The position numbers and the translations under genes were made by a program. Under the pieces are notes generated by a model. It ran no database searches and had not been told where the DNA came from. It saw only the letters and a program-made list of their open reading frames with translations. This document shows, piece after piece, positions 11,496-24,700 of a stretch of DNA of 64,000 nt (its first letter is position 1; each line of letters starts with the position of its first letter). Origin of the DNA: Flectonema sp. DT1601 (Eukaryota); NCBI GenBank assembly GCA_964019425.1, contig OZ025785.1, positions 744,001 through 808,000 of the forward strand. Direction: 5' to 3'.

Positions 11496-14400
11496 GTGCG
11501 AAATTCTAAAGAAATATAAGAATTCAGGGTTCCTAACCAAGTCAGTAGCGTGATAGTTTGACGGTGTAGAAACAGTAATTAACTTTAAAATACCAAAAAT
11601 AAGTAATACGGTATTAAGGTTAAACTTGTTGAAAAATATGACAGAAGATTAAGGTTTCACTTTAGAAATATAGGAATACGACTAACCCGTCAGGAGGGGT
11701 CAACTTAGAAAAACGATACCAGTCTTACAATTGACTTTTCCTAATAAATGTTAATAATGCAATCATCCCCTTTCTTATACTAAAGTTCATTTTACCTGCG
11801 ACGGTTCCAACTTTTGCTGAGTAAGGACCGTCTATGCAGGCTAATTCAGGCAGGTGCGCAATTCTAAAGAAATATAAGAATCCAGGGTTCCTAACCAAGT
11901 CAGTAGCGTGATAGTTTGACGGTGTAGAAACAGTAATTAACTTTAAAATACCAAAAATAAGTAATACGGTATTAAGGTTAAACTTGTTGAAAAATATGAC
12001 AGAAGATTAAGGTTTCACTTTAGAAATATAGGAATACGACTAACCCGTCAGGAGGGGTCAACTTAGAAAAACGATACCAGTCTTACAATTGACTTTTCCT
12101 AATAAATGTTAATAATGCAATCATTCCCTTTCTTTTTCTAAAGTTCATTTTACCTGCGACGGTTCCAACTTTTGCTGCCAGTAAGGACCGTCTATGCAGG
12201 CTAATTCAGGCAGGTGCGCAATTCTAAAGAAATATAAGAATTCAGGGTTCCTAACCAAGTCAGTAGCGTGATAGTTTGACGGTGTAGAAACAGTAATTAA
12301 CTTTAAAATACCAAAAATAAGTAATACGGTATTAAGGTTAAACTTGTTGAAAAATATGACAGAAGATTAAGGTTTCACTTTAGAAATATAGGAATACGAC
12401 TAACCCGTCAGGAGGGGTCAACTTAGAAAAACGATACCAGTCTTACAATTGACTTTTCCTAATAAATGTTAATAATGCAATCATCCCCTTTCTTATACTA
12501 AAGTTCATTTTACCTGCGACGGTTCCAACTTTTGCTGAGTAAGGACCGTCTATGCAGGCTAATTCAGGCAGGTGCGCAATTCTAAAGAAATATAAGAATT
12601 CAGGGTTCCTAACCAAGTCAGTAGCGTGATAGTTTGACGGTGTAGAAACAGTAATTAACTTTAAAATACCAAAAATAAGTAATATAGTATTAAGGTTAAA
12701 CTTGTTGAAAAATATGACAGAAGATTAAGGTTTCACTTTAGAAATATAGGAATACGACTAACCCGTCAGGAGGGGTCAACTTAGAAAAACGATACCAGTC
12801 TTACAATTGACTTTTCCTAATAAATGTTAATAATGCAATCATCCCCTTTCTTATACTAAAGTTCATTTTACCTGCGACGGTTCCAACTTTTGCTGAGTAA
12901 GGACCGTCTATGCAGGCTAATTCAGGCAGGTGCGCAATTCTAAAGAAATATAAGAATTCAGGGTTCCTAACCAAGTCAGTAGCGTGATAGTTTGACGGTG
13001 TAGAAACAGTAATTAACTTTAAAATACCAAAAATAAGTAATATAGTATTAAGGTTAAACTTGTTGAAAAATATGACAGAAGATTAAGGTTTCACTTTAGA
13101 AATATAGGAATACGACTAACCCGTCAGGAGGGGTCAACTTAGAAAAACGATACCAGTCTTACAATTGACTTTTCCTAATAAATGTTAATAATGCAATCAT
13201 TCCCTTTCTTTTTCTAAAGTTCATTTTACCTGCGACGGTTCCAACTTTTGCTGCCAGTAAGGACCGTCTATGCAGGCTAATTCAGGCAGGTGCGCAATTC
13301 TAAAGAAATATAAGAATTCAGGGTTCCTAACCAAGTCAGTAGCGTGATAGTTTGACGGTGTAGAAACAGTAATTAACTTTAAAATACCAAAAATAAGTAA
13401 TACGGTATTAAGGTTAAACTTGTTGAAAAATATGACAGAAGATTAAGGTTTCACTTTAGAAATATAGGAATACGACTAACCCGTCAGGAGGGGTCAACTT
13501 AGAAAAACGATACCAGTCTTACAATTGACTTTTCCTAATAAATGTTAATAATGCAATCATCCCCTTTCTTATACTAAAGTTCATTTTACCTGCGACGGTT
13601 CCAACTTTTGCTGCCAGTAAGGACCGTCTATGCAGGCTAATTCAGGCAGGTGCGCAATTCTAAAGAAATATAAGAATTCAGGGTTCCTAACCAAGTCAGT
13701 AGCGTGATAGTTTGACGGTGTAGAAACAGTAATTAACTTTAAAATACCAAAAATAAGTAATACGGTATTAAGGTTAAACTTGTTGAAAAATATGACAGAA
13801 GATTAAGGTTTCACTTTAGAAATATAGGAATACGACTAACCCGTCAGGAGGGGTCAACTTAGAAAAACGATACCAGTCTTACAATTGACTTTTCCTAATA
13901 AATGTTAATAATGCAATCATCCCCTTTCTTATACTAAAGTTCATTTTACCTGCGACGGTTCCAACTTTTGCTGAGTAAGGACCGTCTATGCAGGCTAATT
14001 CAGGCAGGTGCGCAATTCTAAAGAAATATAAGAATTCAGGGTTCCTAACCAAGTCAGTAGCGTGATAGTTTGACGGTGTAGAAACAGTAATTAACTTTAA
14101 AATACCAAAAATAAGTAATACGGTATTAAGGTTAAACTTGTTGAAAAATATGACAGAAGATTAAGGTTTCACTTTAGAAATATAGGAATACGACTAACCC
14201 GTCAGGAGGGGTCAACTTAGAAAAACGATACCAGTCTTACAATTGACTTTTCCTAATAAATGTTAATAATGCAATCATTCCCTTTCTTTTTCTAAAGTTC
14301 ATTTTACCTGCGACGGTTCCAACTTTTGCTGCCAGTAAGGACCGTCTATGCAGGCTAATTCAGGCAGGTGCGCAATTCTAAAGAAATATAAGAATTCAGG

Positions 14401-14990
14401 GTTCCTAACCAAGTCAGTAGCGTGATAGTTTGACGGTGTAGAAACAGTAATTAACTTTAAAATACCAAAAATAAGTAATACGGTATTAAGGTTAAACTTG
14501 TTGAAAAATATGACAGAAGATTAAGGTTTCACTTTAGAAATATAGGAATACGACTAACCCGTCAGGAGGGGTCAACTTAGAAAAACGATACCAGTCTTAC
14601 AATTGACTTTTCCTAATAAATGTTAATAATGCAATCATCCCCTTTCTTATACTAAAGTTCATTTTACCTGCGACGGTTCCAACTTTTGCTGCCAGTAAGG
14701 ACCGTCTATGCAGGCTAATTCAGGCAGGTGCGCAATTCTAAAGAAATATAAGAATTCAGGGTTCCTAACCAAGTCAGTAGCGTGATAGTTTGAGGTGTAG
14801 AAACAGTAATTAACTTTAAAACACTAAAATAAGTATTTAAGGTTAAACTTGTTGAAAAATATGACAGAAGATTAAGTTTCACTTTAAAAATATAGGAATC
14901 TAGGGGTTCCTAACTAGTCAGCAGGTCAACTTAAGAACAAGTTACCAGTCTTCTACAACAGACTTTTTCCTAATAAATTATAATAACAAT
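11496..14990. repeat. Tandem satellite: nine near-identical 358/360-bp units plus a degenerate tenth
   Basis: Unit starts (gtgcg(c/a)aattctaaagaaatataagaa) at 11496, 11854, 12214, 12572, 12930, 13290, 13650, 14008, 14368, 14728; no ORF in the track. Confidence 0.98.
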
Positions 14991-17399
14991 CGTTCCTGCA
15001 GTCGCGCAAGGTTCATGTATTTATTTAACAGGGGTTCTCATTTTTGTTTGTGTTCACTTTTTTTTTTTTTTATAAAACATTAGGATGTTGAAAACGCCAC
15101 ACAATATCTTATATATACAATAATAACCTAGGTACAATTTAACAAGAATTTTGACCAGATTGAAAATAACTGACGGAATCGGCATCCCAATAACGCAGTT
15201 TCCTTGATGCTTTTCTCCATCAACTAAATATCACATAGAGAGAGACATTAAAGCAAACAACAATGATAAATAGCTTAGACGAAGGATGAGAAAAAAAAGA
15301 ATCGGCAAATTTCACTTTACTTTCTTACTCACACTTTTGTTTTGTTTGTGCGCAACCCGGTACAAAATCCTAATGAAGGAATAGGTTAGTTACGCTGACA
15401 CAATTCTCTTTCTACCGAACAATGGGTTTTGTAGGTACAAAAAGAAATTGAAGTCAGGAAAGTCAAAACCTCAGTAAGCAAAACAGGTGGGTACAGATAG
15501 TTCCAGTCGATTAACAGAACAGTCTACGAGATATGTCACAGCACAATATAGTAAATTACACTGCCGGGGTTGTACAAAAACCAACAGCAATTCACCCAGT
15601 TCTCATTCCCAGCAGTAAGTATTCCCTTTTTATTTTTTAAAAAATTTAAATTTCTTAAAAAAAAAACATTTTGAAAAACGTTTTGTTGTGTAAAAAAAAA
15701 AAAAAAAGAACGGTTAGGGTGCTATTATAAATCAATTCTCGTTCCGCAGAGTTCACACATTAGAAGTCAATCAGTCCCTAAGACAAATAAAAGAGACAGC
15801 AATAATTACTCCGTTTTTTTCTTCTTTTCGTGTTCTTTGTTCCCCGAAAAGGGATGCGGTTCGCGCTTCCAAGAAAAAAAAAAAAAAAAAAAAAAAAAAA
15901 AACGACGACAACAACATTAGACGGTGCGGACAGCAGGAACATAAAAAGGATTGGGAGAAGTTAGGCACGTCAAAACAGGATGGATAGATTTGACGATGTA
16001 GAAACAATAATGAACCGATGCAAGATAGGGGAGCTCACTCAGGGAGGAAAGATGCTTCTTCCTCTTTCCGAGTACTTTAAAACGGAAGCCAACTTAAGAT
16101 TCCGATGGGGAGTGACAGTTTCATTCAAACAGCAGCAAAACTAATTGCGTTAGTGTTGTTAACGAAAACCAAGCGGCATAATTGAGTCAGCATGTGACTT
16201 ATTGTAATGCCAGTTCCCAACTCAGTTCTTACACTTTGACAGCAATGTAAAAAACCGTAAGTAAAGTAAAAAAAGCAGAAGGGGAATCCTATTCAGTTCC
16301 CATAACTCAAATATAAATTTCTTCCCTGTCTAATTTTTAATAAATAGTAATTTCTGTCACCACAAAAATCAGTTTGGAGAGAGACACATCAAAATTGGAA
16401 GGAAGAAACGAAAAACAAAAACCATTCAAATAAACCTGATATTGTGTTGATCGCAGACAGTATTACTGGCGCACAGTGAAAATAGATAACATTTTGACAA
16501 TAATAAATAAACGGCTCTTAATCTGAATGGTTTTTTCTCCGACTTCGTCGGTGCAAAAAAAAAAAAAAAATAAGGGAGACTTCCCTCTCCCTTAAACTCA
16601 GAAACAACACATGAAAAACAGAAACTCCCTCTCGGGAATTGCCGCTCTAATTGGATGGCAAATACGTTTTTTTTTTTTTTTTTTTTTTTGATTGATTGAA
16701 AAGTATATAATTCAAGAGGGTCGAATTCCATAACACGCACACCTTAGTTGATATCACAGCCATGAGACTCTCACAAACAAGAGACGTTGACTTTGAAATA
16801 CGAAGTAGGTGAATTCGAAAGAAATTCAACGCAAAGGTCTTGTTGACCCAGTTAGATGCAGAAAAACCAAGACAACTACAAAAAAACATGTACCTTCAGC
16901 GGAATATTTTAAAGTCCAATGCAAAGCTCAGAAGGTCGAAGTTCCCATTAGTGGTAATGAATAAAGGAAATGAAGTGAGGGGCAATAATTGAGTTTTTTC
17001 TTTATTTTTTTCTTGTTCTGATTCTTTTGAAAAAAAAAAAAAATTATTTTTCCACATTAATTAAGCTCTATAACGTAACAAGAAAGATCTCACATTTTAA
17101 AAAAAAAAGAAAAAAAAAAAGGAAATTCAGAGTTCGCGTGTTTGAGTAATTCCTACACGAAAAAACACTCAGGGATCTCTCTCACTTAAAAAAAGGTACC
17201 GAAGATGAGACTTACCTTCAGCTTCTACGGTATAGGATGGGGGAAAAAAAGAAAAAAAGATAAATTTGTTATGAAGAAACAACATGAAACCTTACGGAAA
17301 AAATGATACAAAGAAGCTCACAACTAAGTGATTAGAATCCCTGCACGAGTTAAGACATTGGATAACTGGGGAAGATAGCGCAAATGCAAACAAACAAAT

Positions 17400-17440
<41 letters not shown>

Positions 17441-18038
17441 CAAGACAGACCCAATAACTAACCAAAACAAAACAAATTTAATCAAATTGAACCTCGAGAG
17501 GAAAGAACCACAAGAGGCTACCTAGCCTTTTGTTCTTTGTTCTTATTTTATTTTATTTTTTTTTTTTTTTTCGTTGTTTTTTTTTTCCCTTCTTGTTTAT
17601 TTCTACTTAAGAATCGTATGTCACGCTACAGGCAGTGAGCAACAAAGAGCAACTTGATAACTTTTAATTACAAGAGAAATACTAATTAATATAATAATTA
17701 ATTCGTCAGTATGTTACGACCGTCAGTCAACTTGGTTATCGAGGAAATCAGGGACTGACTTCGCGAGATTTTAAGAATCTCTCAAAGTAGTTAATTCCGC
17801 CGATGCCATTTTCGGATTATCCAAAAAATCTCCCTCGACAGATTAGTTTGGCTGGTAGTCTTTATGTGCCTGACGAATTAAATTATAAATCGAGATAAGT
17901 GAGCCTTTGGATTAACCCTCGGCGAGAGGTTCGCTCTGGAACATTATACTCCTCTTGCGCGTAGTTTCCCGCCCCTTAATTAATTAAGGCACACCATCCA
18001 TCTCAATCAATAAATAATAATTTCCCTACATATTCCTT

Positions 18039-18071
<33 letters not shown>

Positions 18072-18724
18072 GATTTTCGTTTTCGTTTCTTGCCATATCA
18101 GCAGAAACTCTCACTTTAAAAAAAAAGAAAAAGAAAAAGAAAAGAAATAATTGCATTATCGTAAAATTATACAAATTGACAGGGTAATCAGGTCAACAAT
18201 CTAAGAGGAACTCACAAACGGATTCTTTGTTTCCCATTTCTATTGTGTGTGATGTCCTTAACTCCTCGACTAGGATCAGATAGTTTAGCGATAGTACAAA
18301 AAAAAAAAAAAAAAAAATAAAGAAAATAAATAAATAATAAACAACAACAACAACAACAACAGCACAACTGAAAGTAACACCGATTTATTTTTGTTTGTTT
18401 ATGTACGAAATTCGTAATGACAAGCACTGTCAACCATTCCATCGTAAAAGGATTGTTCGGTATATTAAAAGGGAAAAAAAAAAAAAAAAAAGATTGTATA
18501 GTAATTACGAAACAGTAAAAATAGCAATGGATAGGCGAAAAACAAAACTTACCAACGTGAAGCCTCAGCGCTCGACGGGAACGAGGCAACAACTGAAGTC
18601 CAGAGATAAAAAAAACAAAAATACTATTTTAAAAAAAATAATAAAAAAAAAACGAAACCAAATATAAATCGCTCACGACCAGATAGGTCCTGGCTGCTGT
18701 TAATGTGAAGGCAGGAAGTTATTT

Positions 18725-21700
18725 CTATGGTTCGATCCCATCGAAATCAAAGTCATCCAACATAGCACTGTCAACATCTGGATCGATTGGCGCTAATTCT
18801 TCTAATTTAGAATCCGCAAAATCACCAGCCAGATAGATATCATTAGCGAGACTGTCTCCGTCACTACTACGGCTTCTGTTTTTTTTTATTTATTCCGTAG
18901 TCCCGTTTTTCGAAGAAACTATTCAGATTGAAAGCCGCTCTTATGGCCATGATTTATTTTCTCCCCCCGGGCCCCCCCCCCGTGCGACAGAAATCTGTAT
19001 TAAATCCTCTCCCCCCCCCCAAAAAAAAAACAATAATAAAACCTCTCAACATACCTACGGAAGAACATCACACCCAAAACAGTGCAAACGAGACCTCCAG
19101 TAACGATGCTGACTATAACAACAACAGTGTAGCTACTGCTGCTGTTAGGACTGTCAGTGTCAGGTTCGACTTCAGGTTCGATTACTGTGGGAGAGTCATT
19201 TACGACAGCCGTCATCTTACGAAGTTTAGTAGAAACTGGTAATAAGACTGACTTTGGAGCAGGGGATGTCTGTGGACGGTAACAAACCTGAAATGGTATT
19301 TGACTCACATTAAACGAAATTGTAATATTAGCCGACGACCGAATATCAGGATTTGGAGTATGCGAAATTGGGATACTACGAGCTAAGATATCTCCCTCAT
19401 CGGGATTCGAACATGATCCCGTCATCTTAACGATTGATGCTGTCCCGTCCATTACACATTTAGGAGAGCAGGTGTTCACAAACCCTCTTGGAGGGACACC
19501 CGTAATTTGAATAAACCCAGTACTACACTCAACATCACTACATGTTAGGTCCGCAAACTTCGGAACATATACCGGAGGTTCATATGGTGCTGGTACTGTA
19601 TGGTGGCTGGGATCTGGACTGAAACACTCCAAGTTGTATTCTTTCTGATCAACCCAACCAGAATTACAGTTACATACGTCGTCATGAGCTGGCACTGTTT
19701 GTAATTGTTAACAAGATAATATTCAATAATTATAATAAAACTATGATCCTAACACATACCAGTTTTACAAGTACCATGTCCAGTGCACGTCAGGATAGGA
19801 TGACAGAAGGTGTCGCAATCTGGTCCAAACCAGTCTTTTTCACATTTTTTGCATTTTCCCGTATTATCTTGAACAAAGTGACTGGAGCACTCTCGAGTGA
19901 TAGCAGTTGGAAGTTTTTCGGCAAATTCCAAAGGAGGAATGTAACATACAGTATACCAAGGAGTCGAATCAAGCATATTACTGTAGATAAATGATAGAGA
20001 AGTGCGAGTTGCATCCCCAACCATGTACACAGGAGCGTAATACAAAACGTTAGCCGAGTCGGAAAGAACTTCTTCAGGTACCAATTCACTACAACTCTTG
20101 TCTTGAGTAATAACAGCGACCCATCCATCACTGCATTCCTTTAAATCGCTGATGTCAATCTGAGTAACTGTTCGCGCAATGAAATCGACAACCAATTGAT
20201 TACATTCAGTTGGGAATACTTTCCTACTTGGGTACCCTTCAATATAAAACACTGCCTCATCTCCAACCTTAGCAGGTAAACAGGTCTCACCAGCAAGGCA
20301 ATTATAACCTACATAAACTGAAAGTGGGATGAAGGTTGTTGGACACTCAATGCCGATACAGGCCGGAGGGGATTGTTCTTCAGGCTTTGCGGTGACACAA
20401 GTATCCCAGGAAGTTTTATCAACTGACCAGTAGCAGCCGTCGGCGACACATTCTTCAAGAGAAGTGTATTCCCAACATTGAGCTTGCGATGACCTCGAGC
20501 AGAATAAGTTTTCAGTGCTCCAGACACACACTCCAATAGAACTACAATTTGCTTGAGAAACTTGATCAAGGCAAGCATGTGATGGATTCCCCAAGTCAGG
20601 TGGTAACATAAGACACTCGTCTCCAGCGTAGCCATAATCACACCAACAAAGTCCATTGGCATCACACTCACCGTGTCCATTACATGTTATACTTGCACTA
20701 CAAAATTGTGAACACTCTGCTGAATACCAATTAGCTTTACATTTTGTACATTCACCCGTTTCATAATCAATAGCTTTATGTGGTTTATCGCATGCGCATG
20801 ATTCTTCCATGTTTTGATCATCAAAGTCCATTGCGGCTTTGTAGTTATCTAAACAACTGTTGTCTGATCCAAGTGCGCATTCGTCCCAAATACATTGTTC
20901 GTAGGCATTTGGGGAGTTGCAACCCTTCAGTTTGATGCAGCAGTTTTCAGCTGTTTTATTTATTTATTTATTTTTATATTCCTCTCTTTGACTAATAAAA
21001 ACGAAATATCCAGAAAGAAAAAAACTTTTCTTCGAAAATAAAGATTATTTACAAGAACAACAAACCTTTTGTTTGAGACGAGGGTTCGTCACATCTCCAA
21101 AATGTGGTTGACGGTTCGACAGGGTCGGTTGGGCAAAAGCCGCAGTTTAATGCTCCCGGTAGGCAATTAGGCGCCATAGCAACTGCACAGGGAGGAGGTC
21201 CAGTGCGACACCATTCCCCAGTACAGTCTGATGCCTGGTTGTCCTTATAACATCCGACTTCTCCAGTTCCGGGTTTTCCAGAACCTGGCTCACCGAGACA
21301 TAGTCCAGTACTTACTTGTAGAGGATCTTCCCCGTAGTGTGTTATGTAGGCATCAACTGCATTGGAACGTGCAGCCAGTTGAATTTCGAATCTTTTTGTT
21401 CCGAATTCACGCACATCAAACACATAAGTGATTGCATTATCCCGACCCAAGACTGTTCTCTTGGCCGCAATGAGTCTCACAGGGTTTCCATTTGTGCAGT
21501 TCTGAGCTTCTTCAGGACAGTGTCTCGGTAGGACATCCCAGTGTCCAAATTGAAGCTTCGACAATAACTGTTCCTGAGTGTAAGTAGTACAATTGATTTT
21601 GATTTGACCGTCGAGGAGCATTTCAATAGACCCACCGCGCTCGTCCCAAATGGACACTCGCTTCATGCAAGTTGCGCGGTTATTACATTTCCAGTGTTTT

Positions 21701-24700
21701 GCGTAAACGTGAAGCATCTCTGTTGAGTAAAGATCATATTGTTTATCATCTCCAGGGGGTCCAAAGAAGTCATAACGCCTTCCAGAAAATGTTGTGTAGT
21801 GAGGATCTCCCCACACAGCGCAGGTATACTTGCCAACAGAGCAATCATTGCCACCCCAATTCTTTTTGCAGTTGCAGGTACCGTCCATAGCACACGAACC
21901 GTGCCCAGAACAAGTCGTGTCTGGGTTGCACTTCGCGGTACAAGTTGGTCCAAAGGAGCCTCTCTGGCATGCGGTGAGACAGAGTCCTGCATCCGCTGAC
22001 CATCTGCAAAGAGTTCCTCGACTCTTGCATGATGACTGTGTTGTTTGTTTCTGACAAATGTGAAGACAATATTTGTTATTTTCTTCATCAGAGTATCCGA
22101 ACCCTGCATCACACCAACAACCTCCTTGGGAATTACAAATCCCGCGCCCTGAACACATGACCTTCGGATCGCAGTATAGTTCGCAGTTGGATCCAAAGAA
22201 GTTTTCGCGACATCTTTCGCAAGACGGTCCTTCTCTATTGACCTGACAGATCGCTTCTCCGCAGACGTTTTGCTCCAATAAGACGTCTTCGAAACTACGA
22301 ACACAGTGAGAGGCTTCAGGGGTTCCTACCCACCCCATGTTGCAGTTTTCAAAAACACATTGTTCATACTGTTCTTGCCCACCACATGTTTTGTATTTTG
22401 AGCAACACTCAGAAGCCCATGAAAGAGAAAGTCTCGTACAAGGAGGGCTATCAACACTACAGGTTGTCTTACAGAACGGAATCATTTCGTCACTGACATC
22501 TGTTGCAAACTGACAGGTGAACTGAAATGTGGGAATACATTCATACTGGTTACCAAACGCCATCGTGCAATCATTAACAAATGAATCTGATTGGCTGTTG
22601 CAAGATCCCACACACAGTCCTGTCAATAAAGAGGTAGAACCAAAGTGATCAACGAATACATTTAACTGAGGTGCCTTCCAACTACTGTCTTGAGTAATCT
22701 TGACACGCGTATGAGTAGTATCAGATGTCTGTGCCTCAAACGTGTACGAGAAGTGTGTCGCTGACCCAACGTGAAAGTTAACAAGAGTTACTTGTGTGAA
22801 GGTAATTGGGAGTGTCAAAGTAGCAACTTCTGTAACATCTCCATTGACGTGAAATCTTCCGTACTCAGAAGGGTTGTGACCAACATCAATATTCACTTCA
22901 ATTGTTTCTTGTAGTGTTTCGATTTGAATTTGTTTCATACAAGCGACAGGATCACTGCTCGTACCACCACAACGATAGTGTTTAGCAACGATACGGAATG
23001 TTGATGTCGCATAGACAACGTACGTTGCGTCAACACCACGAAAATCAAACTTGTCTCCAGAAAATGAAGTGTAGTGTGTATCACCCCATGCAATGCACTG
23101 GTGCTTTGGCCACTTGCAGCGAGGGCCACCCCATTCGGTGTCACAGACACAGATACCTGTTTGTTTGTTTGTTTTCCAATGTGCTTGTTTTCAGATGTCG
23201 CATTTTGCGGAGCACGACGGAACTATATTATGGGCCCAGTGTGACTTAAATAATAATATTTAACATACCAGTCTCTCCACATCTTCCGTGGCTAGAGCAA
23301 GTATCCTCAGCCAGACAGTACACATTACAGTTATCTGTGTAGTAATTCTTTTCACAAGTTGGGAAGCATTCTTGAGTTTTAGCTGACCACGAGCAATCCT
23401 TTTCACGGATACAATAAGCTTCTTTCTTATGATTACAAGGACGAAGTACACATGCAGAGAGTTCGATAGTAATTGAACCAGAATGTACGGATTCACCATC
23501 CCATTCACAGATGTACCCTCCGATACTTGAATCAGCAACATGGAAATCATTCCAATCACCATCCAAGTACATGTGACCGAAATCCTCTAAACCCTGATCG
23601 TTTGGTTCGCCATTTCTCCAGTTGGCATACCCTCCGGGGGAGAGAACAAACCTATCACCACTTCGCCGACCCAGAATTCTACCCAAACCACCGTCTTCTT
23701 CTCCTTCAGGTCCAGTAATCCATCTCCAGGTTCCCTCTTCAGAAATATCACTGAGACCAATCCATCCCGTTCCTGTATTGTTATTGTTATTGTTGGTGTT
23801 GTGATGTCTCAGAGTCCAATACGTATCTATTGCACAAAGGAACTGTGCACTTGTTACGTTGAACTATAAAAACAAGTAAAGACATACCCAGCTGCAATTC
23901 TTCAAAGCAGCTCTCAACAACAGCGTTCTCAGCTGAGGAGGTGATGGTGGCGAGGTAGCCAGGAGCACCTCCAAAGAGGCGTTGGTTGCAGGCATTACGT
24001 GCTTCATACCAAGTAAGAGAACCTTCAAAGAATTGATAATAGTTTCCAGTTTCTGGACTGTAATTACTTGAACCAGAGTTCCAAGACACACTTCGAGGAG
24101 TTAGGATGGTGCTGGTAGTGAAGAACATGATCGACGGAATAATATAATTCCACTCCTCCATATCATAAACACCATCAATGAATAATCCATGATCCGTTAA
24201 ATACCACTCAGCAGAGTTAGGAATATATAAAACATCAAGGAAGTCACTCTCGTAATCGAGATCTGTCATGGTGACAGTCATTGAGCTTTCCTTCTTACCA
24301 GGCAGTCCCATAGGAAATACCGCAACTGGTACATTTGCTACAGAAACACTAACAGAATTCCTAAAAGAACTCGACGTTATGAATGAGTTGGGGTCCTGAA
24401 GGCTGGTCCAAATACATTGCGGGAAGGAATCACAATGATCCTTTGTTCCTACTGGAGAGGTTCCGTAGGAGTATGGGGCTTGGTACAAAACGGAGGTGTA
24501 GATTTCCATTTTCGCAATGTCTCCATGAAAATAGTAACCATTTCCACTCCCAAACTGTGAATCTGCCTGGGATCCTTCCCCAATCATTCCGAACCTTGTC
24601 TTCGTTGCTCCAATGCCACCATTATGACTTACTCCGATTCGGTAATTTTCAATTCCATCGATGTAAATTACTTTCTCTCTATCACTGTTTGAGTATGTGC

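Noticed and set aside
11496..14990. Array as CRISPR, spliced-leader RNA or 5S rRNA genes
   Set aside because: No unique spacers, no euglenozoan SL core (CAGTTTCTGTACT) on either strand, and no recognisable 5S sequence
18729..18742. ggttcgatccc tRNA T-arm-like motif
   Set aside because: Lies antisense within the last coding exon; no cloverleaf
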